From Guillardia theta CCMP2712 (Eukaryota; Protista; Cryptophyta), in assembly GCF_000315625.1 (NCBI RefSeq), contig NW_005434658.1, positions 277,139-341,138 on the forward strand: a stretch of DNA of 64,000 nucleotides, given 5' to 3'. Numbering within the stretch: the first letter of the stretch is position 1; each line of letters starts with the position of its first letter. The notes beneath the pieces were generated by a model. The model did not search any database, had not been told where the DNA came from, and worked only from the letters and a program-made list of their open reading frames with translations. This document shows, in pieces, positions 24,149 to 41,705 of the stretch. The position numbers and the translations under genes were made by a program.

Positions 24149-26117
24149 TTACATGTTCTGCTTCGACTCCCAGGCTGCCTCCTGGAGCGATATTTCAGTG
24201 GTGTCCGATGATCAGTACAACCAAGGCAGCATTTGAGGGCTCACAACCTTCGACTTGAGCTTCCGATGGAATTCGTCCGCGTCCATTGAGAGAGAGCTTG
24301 CAGTCAATGTATCGTCAGAGGCTGGAAAGAATAAGGTACAGTTCACCTTGCAGTCAAGTTGTCGATGAAAGTCACAGCTGTTTGCAGTTGAACCAAGAAG
24401 TACTGGCGCTCGCCGCCGAAGCGTTTTGGATTCCTGAAGTGCGAGATGTATTCCAGCATACTGCGAGCAAGGATAGTACACAAGGTCAGCTTGAGCTGCT
24501 CGAGATGGGGCATCACCTGTATACATTCCGTGGCTGAGCCTTGAGGACGCAGATGATGAAGATCTGAAGGTTGAATGACGACAGCCATACAAGGAACGCA
24601 CAAGGGGAGGAAACAAGTCATCGGCATTACCGGCAAGAACTCGTCCGCTGAAGCAGCTGATCCACCTGCAGGACACGTCAAGGTGTGGAAGAGCCATCTA
24701 AGATAGACTGACCCGTCAAGATGGCTGTCTCATTCAGCATCCGGAAAATCATCCTCGCAGACTGATACACACACTCAAGCATTTCTTGTGGAGATTGTAC
24801 CTGGGCATACAAACATCAACGGCATCAAAACAGCACTGAGTGAGAAACAATTACCTTGAGCAATTGGCAAATCATTTGTCTGGCAAAAATCAACGCTGGA
24901 TGTGTATAATGGCACTTGCGTATGTCAAGGTGCTGAAAAATCGAACCGAACAATCAGATGCAAGTTGAACGGCAAAGTGAAAAACACACCCAAGGTTGTA
25001 CAAATTGCAGGCACCACATCTTCTTCCGCAACCTTTCATCTTTTTCCTTCCAATCTTTGCTCATGTTCTTCAAAATTGTGGGATAGACCCTTGCGTCTCT
25101 CAAGATCATCGTTTCAAGCGCATCGATAGCATCAGCCAAATCATCCTCATCTAGTCCACTCCATAGCTTGTTGGTCTTAATTGGATTCTCCATAGCACCA
25201 AGAAAGCTATGAACTAAGTTGTAATCTCCAATCTTGGGATTCTTCAACAGGAAAGCCGTCAGGAACGAAAGTACCATCTCCTTCAGGGGAATGGCAGCTT
25301 CGTCCTCGAACTTCGACTTGAACTCATTGAATTTCGGTGCGAGATCCATGTCACTCACATTGCACATGTGCCAGTTGTTACAGCCTGACGCCCCATCGAG
25401 GATGGTCGCCATCGTGTCCCTTCGGCGGTCCTCTCCTGGCCTGGCCATCCAAAGGGGAGGTCCAAAGGCGTCGAGCCGTTCGATCCTGTCGCGAACAGAT
25501 GAGATCTGGCTTTTGAGGGATGCAACCCGGTCTGTCTTCTCTTCGATCTTCGCTATCAAGGTTCCATGCTCCTGCTGAAGGCTGCTGACTAGCTTCCCCC
25601 GCTCGCTCATCATGTGCTGCAGCTCCACGATCTCATCCTGTTGACTCTGCACTTTCGACTCGAGACCGAGCAGACGGTGACTTCCTGCTCCTCCTGCCTT
25701 GGCGCTGCCAGAATCAGCGGGAAAGTCATGGTTCATGAGTGGTGACACAGCAGCAGAGGGGAATATCCTGAGCGAAGATGTCAACCACTCTCCCTCGTGG
25801 GGAGACCCTGGGGACGTGCCGTTTCCTTCTTCGTTCCTGTCACCTTGCTCTAGCAGCGGCGCACTGGACGCTTGCAAGACATTGGACAAGCTGTTCGAAA
25901 CGTCACTCAGAAGCTCCTTCGGGGATGAGAGACCCTTGTTCGCCAACTGCTTCTTCAGATCCGAGACTTGACTCAGCAAGTGCGCCTTCTCTCTATGTGC
26001 CTTGTCATGCAGACCATCCAGCCGGGACTTGAGGTACCTCTCACGCTGCTGAGTGTCTGACTGTAGCGATTTCAGCGCATTCTTTAGCACCTCCAGCTCA
26101 AAGCCCCCGTCGTCCAT
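24149..26117 (-). CDS. VPS9-domain Rab5 guanine-nucleotide exchange factor with an N-terminal coiled coil, multi-exon
   Basis: SADEFLPV, EYISHFRNPKRFGGERQYFLVQLQTAVTFIDNL, LSMDADEF; helical bundle DAIDALETMIL, DERLRKKMWCLQFVQP; last exon EAAWESKQNM*. Confidence 0.85.
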
Positions 26118-26711
26118 GCACACTTCTCAAGAAAGCAGCAGGAAAGGCGAGCCAGAAGCGTTCCGAGCCTGCATGTGGCGGCTCTCGGTCGATCTGCGAG
26201 CGCCTAGCTCTGTTTATCATCCTCACGATGATGCTTCTTGAGCCATCGCCTGCTCCTATCCTCACGCATCGCCTCGGCCGCTGCTGTTCTCTCAAGTCCC
26301 CATGACGGCGACGTTGCCTGTCCCTCGTCCCCTCACATACCGTTTGAAATTCAGTCAACTCAGTCAGCCAGTAGTATTATATACTACTGAGTAGTCACGC
26401 CGCCGGTCACCGGGTAGTACTCAGTGACTAGTCAACTTGACCGGCCCGGTATCTTCAGCAAGAAGCCGCTGAGCAAGGTGTAGCCTGTGTGTGTTGGGTG
26501 ATAGTAACGTGCGGCGGAGCCCCACTGGAAACATAACTAGTAACCGTGCCAGATTCCCACCTTCCCGCCGCCGATCCGATCTGTGACCGACTCCGGGCCC
26601 GGCGGGGCCCCTGCCCGACTCCGCGCGAGCCTCAGTGAACCGTGACTGAGTCACCGCCCGGCCGTGAGCGCCCGGCCGCCGCGTGACACTGTCATGCAGT
26701 GCCTGGGCCAA

Positions 26712-26763
26712 CTTTACTCAAAGTTAAGTTAAAAATGCAGTACGAGGATTGAATCAGGAGAGT
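26712..26763 (-). repeat. Dispersed ~54-bp conserved non-coding element, copy 2 (inverted, slightly diverged)
   Basis: Reverse complement reads ACTCTCCTGATTCAATCCTCGTACTGCATTTTTAACTTAACTTTGAGTAAAG. Confidence 0.85.
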
Positions 26764-27235
26764 TGACTCGGACGGACACGGCCGCGGCGAGAAGACCGTC
26801 GGAAAAGCCTGTGACAGTGAGAACAGCCCCAACCGTCCGGGAGTCCCGCATCCGAGTGCTTTTAAGCTTCCGGATGCCGCACGTGCCGCTGCCCTCGACG
26901 CCGGGCGTCACCGCCGGTCCCGGGCCGGGCCGCCCCCCCGCAGTCACGGTGCCAGAGCTGACCGCCGCGGCGGGCCCGCTCAGAGACTCAAGGTTCACTG
27001 AAATCTATTTCTGGCAGCCGCAATGACTGCTGGCGGTGGCTGACAACTTGGCAAGGACGTGTAGTACTGGCATGAAGCCGCTGAGACAAGTGACCCAGTG
27101 GCCAGTGCCATGTAGCCTGGCATTAGGGAACAGATGAGGTGCAGATCGCTCAGTGAATCGTTAGATGGAAGGAGTGAATGATTATTTGGGTCAATGTCTG
27201 GACACTCACGGTAAACTGACATGGTTGTCCGCAGA

Positions 27236-27606
27236 ATGTTCTCCGAAATTCGTTCGTTCCAGGAGCTGTCAGCATTGACTTTCAGCATTCCGACCCCTTC
27301 CGGCGGTGCCGCTAAATCTCACTTTGGACCTCACTCATGGTACCGCCCATGGGCTGGATCGCAAGGCGATGGTTACATTGCCTATGACAACCAGCTCTAC
27401 TGGGATCATGGGTGAGTGCGTTGCTATCCTTGCTGATCACTGGCTTGATCGCATATGCGTCCATCTGAGCTGACATGGGCCATGACAGGTTCGACTACTC
27501 CAACAGCATGTACAGCGATCCCACCGCCCATCAGGACATTGCGCCCAACAGGGATGTGCGCGGCTTCGTCGGCACTGATCAATATCCATACAACGGGATG
27601 TACTAA
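27236..27606 (+). CDS. Small hypothetical protein, about 97 aa, 2 exons (27236-27411, 27489-27606), rich in Y/W/G/D
   Basis: A GT-AG intron with a CTGAC branch joins the exons in frame: MFSEIRSFQELSALTFSIPTPSGG...YDNQLYWDHG|FDYSNSMYSDP...QYPYNGMY*. Confidence 0.65.
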
Positions 27607-27610
27607 GATG

Positions 27611-28530
27611 CTAACCAATCTGAGCCCGCATGGAGGATGAGAGATTTTGAGTGAATCGTAGTAGTTTCAGAGTGTTGCGGACTGGTATGACGACATGTTC
27701 GCAAGATATCACACAGTGTGTGCTTGAGGCAAACCGGGGGTTGAAGCTTAAATCCACTAACGCCAGTCTCTCTTGTGCAAGTCCATCTTCCCAGACAGCA
27801 GCCACTTTGGCTTCCAGTTGTGGATGGTACGGTCCCCCTCTCCCATCTGTGAGTAGAACCTGGAGTTCCTGAAGGAATAGACGAAAGACCTGGGGCAATC
27901 TCGTTCAGCGAGGCTACCAAGTCAGCCACCTCCGAGTACCTGTCCTTCAACCTCTGCGCAGCAGCTCGTTTCTGGATGCTCTTGAACCCATCGGGGGCGA
28001 TTCCAGTGTACAGGAGACTGGCTACCCCCTCTCTCACCCCCAGCCTGTTCCTCATTGACCAGGTAGCCGTGTAACCAGCAGTGCTGTAGGGAAGGGTGAG
28101 GAAGAAGTATGAGAAGCGCTCGGAAGCAAACCTGTGAGCCTTGATGCCCTTTCCCAACCTGTCGGGATCATGCCTGTGCTCAAATACTTCAGTTTCAGGC
28201 CAGGATTGCTCGAAGTTTAGGCGTGCTTCCTACTTCAGGATCGATCTGTCTTTCCAGTCTTCCATGGCCCCTCCAAATGGGGCACGATAACTTTTCTCCT
28301 GAAGCTCAACCCAATGCTAATATGCGAGTTAATGGAAGCAGACGAGTTGTGGAAAGGCGAAATTCCAGATTTCTACCTTGAGTAGGGATCCTCTCCTTTC
28401 TTTCTCCTAGAGATGAAAAGCAGTCAGCTGTGAAGAGAAATCTTCCTCCATCAACAACCTCCGCTATCGTCCTTCTCGTCTGCTTGAGATATTCAAGCCC
28501 TCCGATTCTTTCTCCTGCAGACAGAAAGTA
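27611..28530 (-). CDS. Possible hypothetical multi-exon gene, or further 3' exons of the eL22-like gene
   Basis: Minus-strand open segments with splice-like signals; no recognised domain. Confidence 0.3.
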
Positions 28531-28602
28531 TGGTCAAGTCATGCATTTCACACTCCCACCTATCCACCAGTTGCTTTTATCTTTCGCTCCATGTACATTT
28601 CT

Positions 28603-29776
28603 TTACGCGGAACCTGCCCATCCATCATACACAGCAATAGATCGATATCTTCCTGGTCACGTGTAGTTTGTCGGCATCATTCACTGCATACGCGCTGGCG
28701 ATGAGGTTTTTCCTAGCCATCTCCAATCTGGTTCCGTGCTGTGTCGAGGAAGTCAGTTGGTTACAGCAGTGGTCCCTGCAGTCTGAAACTTGACCACCTT
28801 AGCTATGTACTTGATCTTGTGATATTTGTTCTTGTGAATGTTTGTATATCGAATCTCGAATCTAACGCCCTTCCCTCCTTTCTCTTGACTGCAGGGATTG
28901 TCAAGTCTCAGTCATCGTGATTTCAAGACTGCGGATCGTTCACCTCGCCTTGGAGAAGTCCACTGATACTGGCCGCACGATATCTTTCAGCTCTATCTTG
29001 CAAATGAATTTTTTCGTCAGATATCTGATGTATCTCGTCGAGAATGCTTCGGACAGGAACAACTGATTCTCATTTTAGTCTTTCAACGCAAATCATCAGC
29101 CTCCACGACAAACCTTTCGAGACCAAACTCGCTTCTTCTTCATCTGGGTAGGTTTGTATGCAAGGACAATGACATCGTGACCATCCACCTTAACTTCAAT
29201 CGCATCATCATAGTTGTGCAGCTTCCCATTGTATTTGATCCTTTGCTTGAGATACGTTGCCAAGTCAGTGGCGTTGAACAAGCCATGTGCGATCGCAAGA
29301 GTGCAGTTCACGCTCGCTCGTTTAAGAACAGGAGCGTCAGGAGATCGCATTTTCTTCTTCAGGGATACTTGTGTACCACCCTCGGTCGTGCTCCTCCTTG
29401 CTGACTTGGGCCGCTCCTTTACGATCTTGTTGGCGTGAATGTGGTACTTCTTCAACTCTTCATAGTCATCCACCACCAGCTTGTCGTGTTTCACAGGTTT
29501 GGGTTCCCCCAGCACCAGCTGAGAAAGCCTGGATTCAAACTGCATCTTCGACTTCACCCTGTCCTCGTCCTCCTCGTGGTCAAGCTCCATAGCTGCGGTC
29601 TGCTTCCCAAACTGCTGCTTGAAGCTCTGGCTTTGCCCTCCTCTCAGCCGCAGCAAAAAGTTCAACCGGGAGCGGGGCCCTCGGTCACTTGCGATGCCAC
29701 TCGCCGTGTGTGTCGTTGAGAGCAGAGGCGCGAGGAGGAACAGGAGGAACGGTCGGAACTGGCTTAGCGGGGCCAT
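28603..29776 (-). CDS. Divergent ribosomal protein eL22-like with an N-terminal signal peptide and LRLRGG motif; 3' end uncertain
   Basis: VNCTLAIAHGLFNATDLATYLKQRIKYNGK...FSTRYIRYLTKKFICKIELKDIVRPV...FEIRY matches eL22 motifs (ERIKVNGK, FSKRYLKYLTKKYL, YELRY). Leader is MAPLSQFRPFLLFLLAPLLSTTHTA...LLRLRGG. Confidence 0.8.
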
Positions 29777-30050
29777 TGTTGGATGACCTGTGTTCGTCGC
29801 TGATGGGACGAGGTGTCTGTATCCTTCACCCAAGGACTCAGATCTCTGAGCTCTCAGTTGCACCCTCTCTTCACCATCCTCCTCTCCTCCCTGCTCCTCG
29901 CGCACGAACGGCTCCTGTGCATGGTTACCTTAGCGGAGCTACCCCACCCCACCTCACTCTACCACCCATACCCCCATTTTTCCTTTCGAAAGACCCCTTG
30001 TGGAAGATATACACCCCACCACCACCATACCTAAGATGATAGGTCTCCTC

Positions 30051-31476
<1,426 letters not shown>

Positions 31477-31700
31477 GGACGGAGATGTAGTTTACAAGCG
31501 AGGGAGGGTAAACGCTCACCCTCCTCCTTAGGAGCCTTGGGGAGTTTTGTGAATGAAGGGAAGAGCGAGGAAGGGAGGACAGCGGAGGGGATGGAGGGTC
31601 TGAGGGAGGGATGGAGGGGATGAGGGGGTAAGGGAGGGATGGAGGGGATGGGATGGATGGATGGATGGAGCGGTAAGGGAGGGGTACGGAGGTGAGAAGG

Positions 31701-35557
<3,857 letters not shown>

Positions 35558-35864
35558 CCTCCTCCTCTCAGCTATCCATCATGGTGGACCAGCAGGGAAC
35601 GGGCGGAGCAGCCGTAGCAGCGGAGGAGGCGGAGGGGGGGAAAGTCGGAATGAAGGCGTGTAGAATCTGGTAGTGAAAAGTTGGCGGGGTAGAAGGGAGG
35701 AAGAGGAGAGGAGGAGGATGGAGAGAGGGGGGGAGGGAGCGGGGATGGAGTGAGGGGGGGAGGGAGCAGGGGGTGGGGAGGGCAGAGACAGGAGGAGTGG
35801 CTCGGTAGGGAGACACAGTCAAGAAGAGGGGAGGGCAGTCAAGATGTAAGTTTTAATGGCAAAT

Positions 35865-37188
35865 TTATGAAATGAGCGTCTTTTCTGTGCACTTGCCGTC
35901 GATGCAGCTTCCCTCCTGTGGCGGAAGAAGAGGAGTTAGGGCAAGAGGAGTGTCAAGGATGGAGTTCAAGCAGAAGAAAAGTAGGAGTGAACAGATAACA
36001 AGAGCTCGAGCGCGAGAAAGGGCAAGATTAAGGAAAGAAGGAACGAGCGAAGGAACCAAAGGAATCACCATGTTTCGACTTGTAGGGTTGATACAGAGCA
36101 ACTCACCTGCTTTGCATCCCTGCTGGTAAGAGTTTCGTTTCTCTGAGGAACGAGGGAGGAAGCAAGAGAGGAATGGAGGGGGACGAGAGCGGGGAGATGG
36201 AGGACACCAAGGAAGGAGACGGGGAGGACGACAGGAGGGAGAAAGAGCGTCAGTCGACAGCATATCAGGCAGTGAGCACAACCATCTGCTCTCGGACGTC
36301 TCTGATGTTGGTAGCGACATCATATTGACTGCACAGTGACGAGTATCCATGGGGCTGCGACACCCCCGGAGTGCCGTGTGCCTGAACACTGAAGTACTCC
36401 CTTGCCTGCTCAGCAACCATCGGCAGCCTGTGAGTACCGGAGCATGAATCATCTGCGGCTCCTCGCACCTTAGCCTCGCAGTTCTTGTTTGAGGGAAGGT
36501 TGTACGCGGCCTTGGGCGGGTTGCTGTAGAGCAGCGTCAGGGGCAGTGCCCGGGCCCCGGCTCAGCGGCTGGCCTGTCAGGCTCGTAGATGAACTTTACT
36601 TGGGTCCCATCGTTGAATTTGTCAGCATAGTAGCTGCAGACCTGCAAGCCACGTCATCCTCCATCCCTTTCCTCCTTCTCGTTCTCCCCGCACACTCCTC
36701 CTCCTCCTCCTCCCTCACCAGGCTCCCGAAGCAGGTGCACCATGGCGTCAGATCCTTGTCGCTGGGGTCAGCCCCATGTTTCGCCTTCACAAGACATGAG
36801 CATGATCGATGTCGACTCGAGACAACATGCCCGAAACGCCTTGGATGCTGCCGTTCCGATCGGATTCCCACTCGCATCTGCATACTTCCGTGCCTGAAGG
36901 AACAGGATCAGAACACCCGCATCAGGGGCCTCCCAGCAGCGTGCGGTCAGACCAGGCAAGCTCTTGGTTACCTCGGGTCCTAGAAGACAGCATGTGTGGT
37001 GCGTCCTGTCATTGAAGCAGTGGCCAACGGGCCAGTAGTTCCTCGGTAGTCCACAGGCATCGAGAACCACATCCGATCTTTCATCTGACCAGGCGAACGA
37101 CACGAGGCTGAAGAGACAGAGGAAGGACACTGGGACATGAAACTTCGTCAGCCTGGTTTGACATCGCACACGATTGTTTCATCATCAT
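35865..37188 (-). CDS. Cys/His-rich uncharacterised protein, possibly secreted, multi-exon
   Basis: Spliced reading DACGLPRNYWPVGHCFNDRTHHTCCLLGPE|ARKYADASGNPIGTAASKAF|...WCTCFGSL|VCSYYADKFNDGTQVKFIY...HGTPGV...; start uncertain. Confidence 0.65.
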
Positions 37189-37673
37189 ATGATCTCGTCC
37201 ACACAGCAGGGGAAACTTGCCATGGATCACATAGGGTGAGAGTTTGTGATCCCACTCAGCCATGAAAGGAAGGATGTGTACGAAATCAGAGATGGCGCGG
37301 CCAAACTTGAAGATCATAACATACAAAAGTATCTTGAAGCACAAAAATATCTCACTGCAGAACGTTTGACATGCCCTGTCTCATCTGAGTCCCCCGTGAC
37401 CGCTGCTGCTCCCCTCTTACCTGCCTGGTTCGCCATTCCTCGTTTATGTGTCCGACGGTCGGGCACTTTGTCGAGTGAAAGTTGACTAAATTTACTGGTC
37501 CCGGTCCTGGAGACCGTCGTCGGAGATGAAACCGTCTTCAGTTCATGCTTCCCAAGTTGGAACTTGAAGGTCATCAGTGGCGCAGAGTCTGATCTGTAGT
37601 GCTCCCACGGCACAGTCTGACCGTCACTGTCTACGAAATCACCTTGGACAAGTGAAGTTCATGTGTGTTTATT

Positions 37674-38633
37674 TCATCTTACAACTATGGCAGGCGGTCT
37701 GTGGACTTGCATGCGATATCGATTCCAAGCATGTCGAGAGCTCTTTTCAGTCAGCAGATCTTTGCCTTCGATCTTGGCCTGCTCTTCAAAGCAAGTTCTC
37801 AGCCTCATGTCCGATCGATTGCTTAGTTGCCGTAAAGTTGGATTTCTGAGGGTGCCTTGGTTGGACGCGGGTTTCAACGGCTGGTGCACCTGATAGTTGC
37901 TTTCGACCTCTGAGATCCAAGAAAGAATTTGTTCTACCATCCCCATGTCAACAATAGCTTTGACGGACTTCGCAGTATTCATATCTAACAGTGAGGGTAT
38001 CTTGTCCACCATGGTTCGCAACGAGACAATGTTCGCTTTGATCTGTAAGATGTTTCCTCCTAGCCTGTTCGGAGCGTTTATATGGCTCTTCTGCATGAAT
38101 ATTGCCTGACTGTCGTCGCTATGAAGAATTTGCATGAATGTCACCATAAGCCGGCTTAGCTGTTCCAAACTATGTCGCAACGAGTGAAGCTTTCCATCGT
38201 GACTTACAGCTACTTTGTCAAGCACGCTGAAGTGAATCTTTGCTGTGAGGGAACAAATTGCTTCTTTGAGCTCTTTGCAGGACTTGTGAGCAGAATCCAG
38301 AACACCACGAAGCTCTTGGTTGGTCATGGAAGATATCGATTCGGTTCTTTTCATTTGGAGGTTTTCCTTGATTTCCTTGTTAATAGTATTGAATGGTCTG
38401 ATCGAAGACTTCTCAGGGTATCGCAAGCTCCCTTTGTGCCAATCTGTTGCTTGTTTTGAAAAGACAAGAGTGCGATGATTTGCTCTCACTCCACGACATG
38501 GCGATCTTGCACAATGCCGAGCGTCCCACGCGATTCCAACATTGCTTCCTTTCTTCGCAGGATTCCTCACGGTGCTACAAGCCTTGGACAGAACCTTGGA
38601 CCTACTGGGAGAGAGAAAAGGCTGGCGGGACAT
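37674..38633 (-). CDS. Hypothetical protein, about 319 aa, helical
   Basis: Long non-repetitive ATG-initiated ORF; no domain recognised. Confidence 0.55.
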   Translation of the reverse strand: MSRQPFLSPSRSKVLSKACSTVRNPAKKGSNVGIAWDARHCARSPCRGVRANHRTLVFSKQATDWHKGSLRYPEKSSIRPFNTINKEIKENLQMKRTESISSMTNQELRGVLDSAHKSCKELKEAICSLTAKIHFSVLDKVAVSHDGKLHSLRHSLEQLSRLMVTFMQILHSDDSQAIFMQKSHINAPNRLGGNILQIKANIVSLRTMVDKIPSLLDMNTAKSVKAIVDMGMVEQILSWISEVESNYQVHQPLKPASNQGTLRNPTLRQLSNRSDMRLRTCFEEQAKIEGKDLLTEKSSRHAWNRYRMQVHRPPAIVVR

Positions 38634-39280
38634 CTTGCACTGCTTGCTTCTCGTCTCCTTCCTCTGCCCTCCCGGGTTGCGGTTTCGTCGATTTCGCCTG
38701 TGGGGATGTTGAAGAAGCCAAGGGCGGGGGAAGGGGTAGGGTGATTTGCTACTAAGAGATAGGGGTGGAGAGGCGTTTCAGTTTGTTATGTTTCGGTTGT
38801 AGGGGATGGCCCGACTCGGCGACCATGACATGTACCGCGCGGCGCGACTCAGAAGTCGGAACCTTGCGACCGTCACTGGTGAGAGCCTTCAAAGTATTGA
38901 ACCGTCAACTCCGACCTCTGACTGACGACCGTCATGTCTGAAAGGCCCAAGTTCAGATCTCGTCGCGTAACAAATTTTCAATCAACTACCGTACCGGTAC
39001 GGCCATTGGCCACTCACGGCGGCCGCCCCGGGCACTGCCGTTCAACGGTTGGTGACCGGGTGGCAGTCAGTCGGTCATAACTGAGAAGAGCCAAGTTATC
39101 ACAGTATTGGTGACTTGGCGAAGTAAAATCTATAGATCTGTACAGTGGTACATATCTTATATCAGTCTTGCGATAGGTCAGCGGCCCGGGGGTGAAGCAA
39201 ATGCGAGCGAGCGAGCTCGTTGCAATCAACAAGGATATATTGCAAACAATTTTGAAAGAGCGTAAACCAATCTTCGATGC

Positions 39281-40850
39281 TTAGGCATAGTAATTGAGGG
39301 AAGTCTTCTTCTTGGCTTGCACAACTGCGATACCCTCAACATAGTCTTCGTGTCTGAGTTCGGTTCCACCTCTCCTGAGTGCCAGCATACCAGCTTCCAC
39401 AGCAACGGCCTGAAACAGCAGGGTTCAGCAAATTTCAAGTAGAAAATGGGAATGACTCTTTCATCCTTACCTTCAGCTGTGCCCCGTTGAAATCATCAGT
39501 ACATCTTGCTAGCTCTTCGTAGTTCACATCGTCACTAACATTCATTTTCCTGGAATGAATCTGTAGAATCCTTGCCCTGGCCTCTTCGGTGGGGTGTGGA
39601 AATTCGATTTTGCGATCCAAACGCCCGGAACGGAGGAGGGCAGGATCGAGGATATCAATTCTATTCGTTGCGGCGACCACCTTAATACGATCCTCACTGC
39701 TGAATCCATCCAATTGATTGAGCAACTCCAACATAGTTCTTTGAACTTCCCTTTTCGCAAAGTCAGCGCCAATGTGAGAAGAGGTTAATCCAAATTACCT
39801 GTCTCCTGAAATATCACTGTCGAAGCGCTTCGTGCCCACTGCGTCCAGCTCATCAATGAAAATAATAGCTCCTGAGTTGTTCGACCCCGGACCAGACTTT
39901 TCTTTTGCCAGAGCAAAAGCATCTCTGACAAGTTTCGCACCATCTCCGATGAACATTTGCACAAGCTGAGGCCCTGCCAATTTCAAGAAGCAAGCATTCG
40001 TTTGGGCCGCACATGCTCTTGCCATGAGCGTCTTTCCCGTTCCTGGAGGCCCGTATAGTAGGACTCCTTTTGGTGGACGAATACCAATAGCTTCAAACCG
40101 TTCTTTATGTGTTAGAGGCAGGACGAGCGCCTCCACCAACTGCGCCATAGATGTTAGTGAATACTTAGACAGCGATGACAAGGCAGTCACTTCACCTCTT
40201 GAATTTGCTTGTCTAGTCCACCAATATCGCTGTATTCTTCCGTGGGCTTCTCATCAACCTCCATTGCTTTTACTCTTGAATCATACTCTGCGGGAAGCGT
40301 GTCCAAAATCAAATAGCTGTCCTTGTTCACCCCAACAAGGTCTCCAGGCTGAAGCTTTTCAGGGTCGACCAGACCAACCACCGGCAAGAAAATGGTCTGG
40401 CGAGTAGATGTCTTGATCACTACACATTTTCCCTTTCGGTGAGAGTCCAAATCCACATTTGCGCCATCATCCTCGACTTCGTCTTTCTCCTGGAGTTCCA
40501 AAATCTGTGACCGGAGAAATTATTGGTAAGTTGAGATTGCCGACAGAAATCAATATCAAAATCATGTACCTCAACAATATTTCCAACTAAATAGGGAAGC
40601 TGCTTATTGAGTTTGATCTTATCCGTGTTCTCCTTAATCCTTTCGTTGGTGCTGCTCTGTTCGTGCTTCAAGCGAGTTTCTTCAGACTTCATCGCTTTGA
40701 TTTCATTGTCAAGCAATCTGCAAAGAACCTTACAACGATAATATTCACGATTGATGTCGAAAACCTGCAACGGGAGTTGATTTCCTCTGCTGTTGCTCTG
40801 AGGATATCCTCTCCGAGAGCACTCGCAATTTCATCATCCAAGTTCGCCAT
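39281..40850 (-). CDS. RPT5: 26S proteasome AAA-ATPase subunit RPT5 (PSMC3/6A), multi-exon
   Basis: [71 protein letters not shown]-terminal [10 protein letters not shown] (HbYX motif). Confidence 0.97.
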
Positions 40851-41705
40851 GATAGCGAAAACCCGGCAACCTGACAACGAATTACAATCGAGCAAGTCTT
40901 ATCCACAATTGACTGTTGCAACAAATCATCCTCTGTTTTAGTAGAGTCTAAACTAAAACCTCCAAACGTATATATCCTCGCATGGTTCGAATTTGAACGT
41001 TTTCCACCCGTCCTCGTGCCTAATTTAATCATGATCCAACCTGCTAATCGCAAAATCCGATCTGTTCTATTTATATTTCTGCGCTCGAATCCTCATGACG
41101 GGCAAACTCCTCATTCGCAGGCCCAGCGATCGATTCCATTATCACCTTCACTGCACTGACATCGTTTCAGCTCTCTAACTCCCCTTCCCATGTCCTATTT
41201 CACTCCTTTCCTTTCCCTCTCTCCTCTTCATCTTCTTGCTTCTTAGTGTCGTCTTCACACCACTCTCTCTGCTCTCCATCATCCTGATCTTTCTTGCCCT
41301 GCCATGATCCAACTGTCTCGATGTGCATAGAAACAGCGACAGCTGTCCTCAATAGCACCACCACTACTGTTACCTGCTCTTTTCAGTCAGGTAGTGGGGT
41401 ACTACATCGACCAGTCGACTGATGGGGTACTTGCGCTCTAAAGTACCGGTAATGGATACCACGGGTTAGTTTTACTTGAAGGGTTTGGACTTAATAAAGA
41501 CTTGGGGCAATATGAGGGGAAGGGGTATGTACCCTACCCCCATTTTACACAACATCTTTTTGTTGACCCCTCCTCAAAGACTTTTTGAATCTAATAGTAC
41601 CCGGTTGAATATAACCCTACCTGTCCTACTTGCGTTTCAGAGGACCCTTACCCCCCTTTGCATCTCAACCCTGATCCTGGCCATGCGGGCTTTCGCCGCC
41701 ACAGC

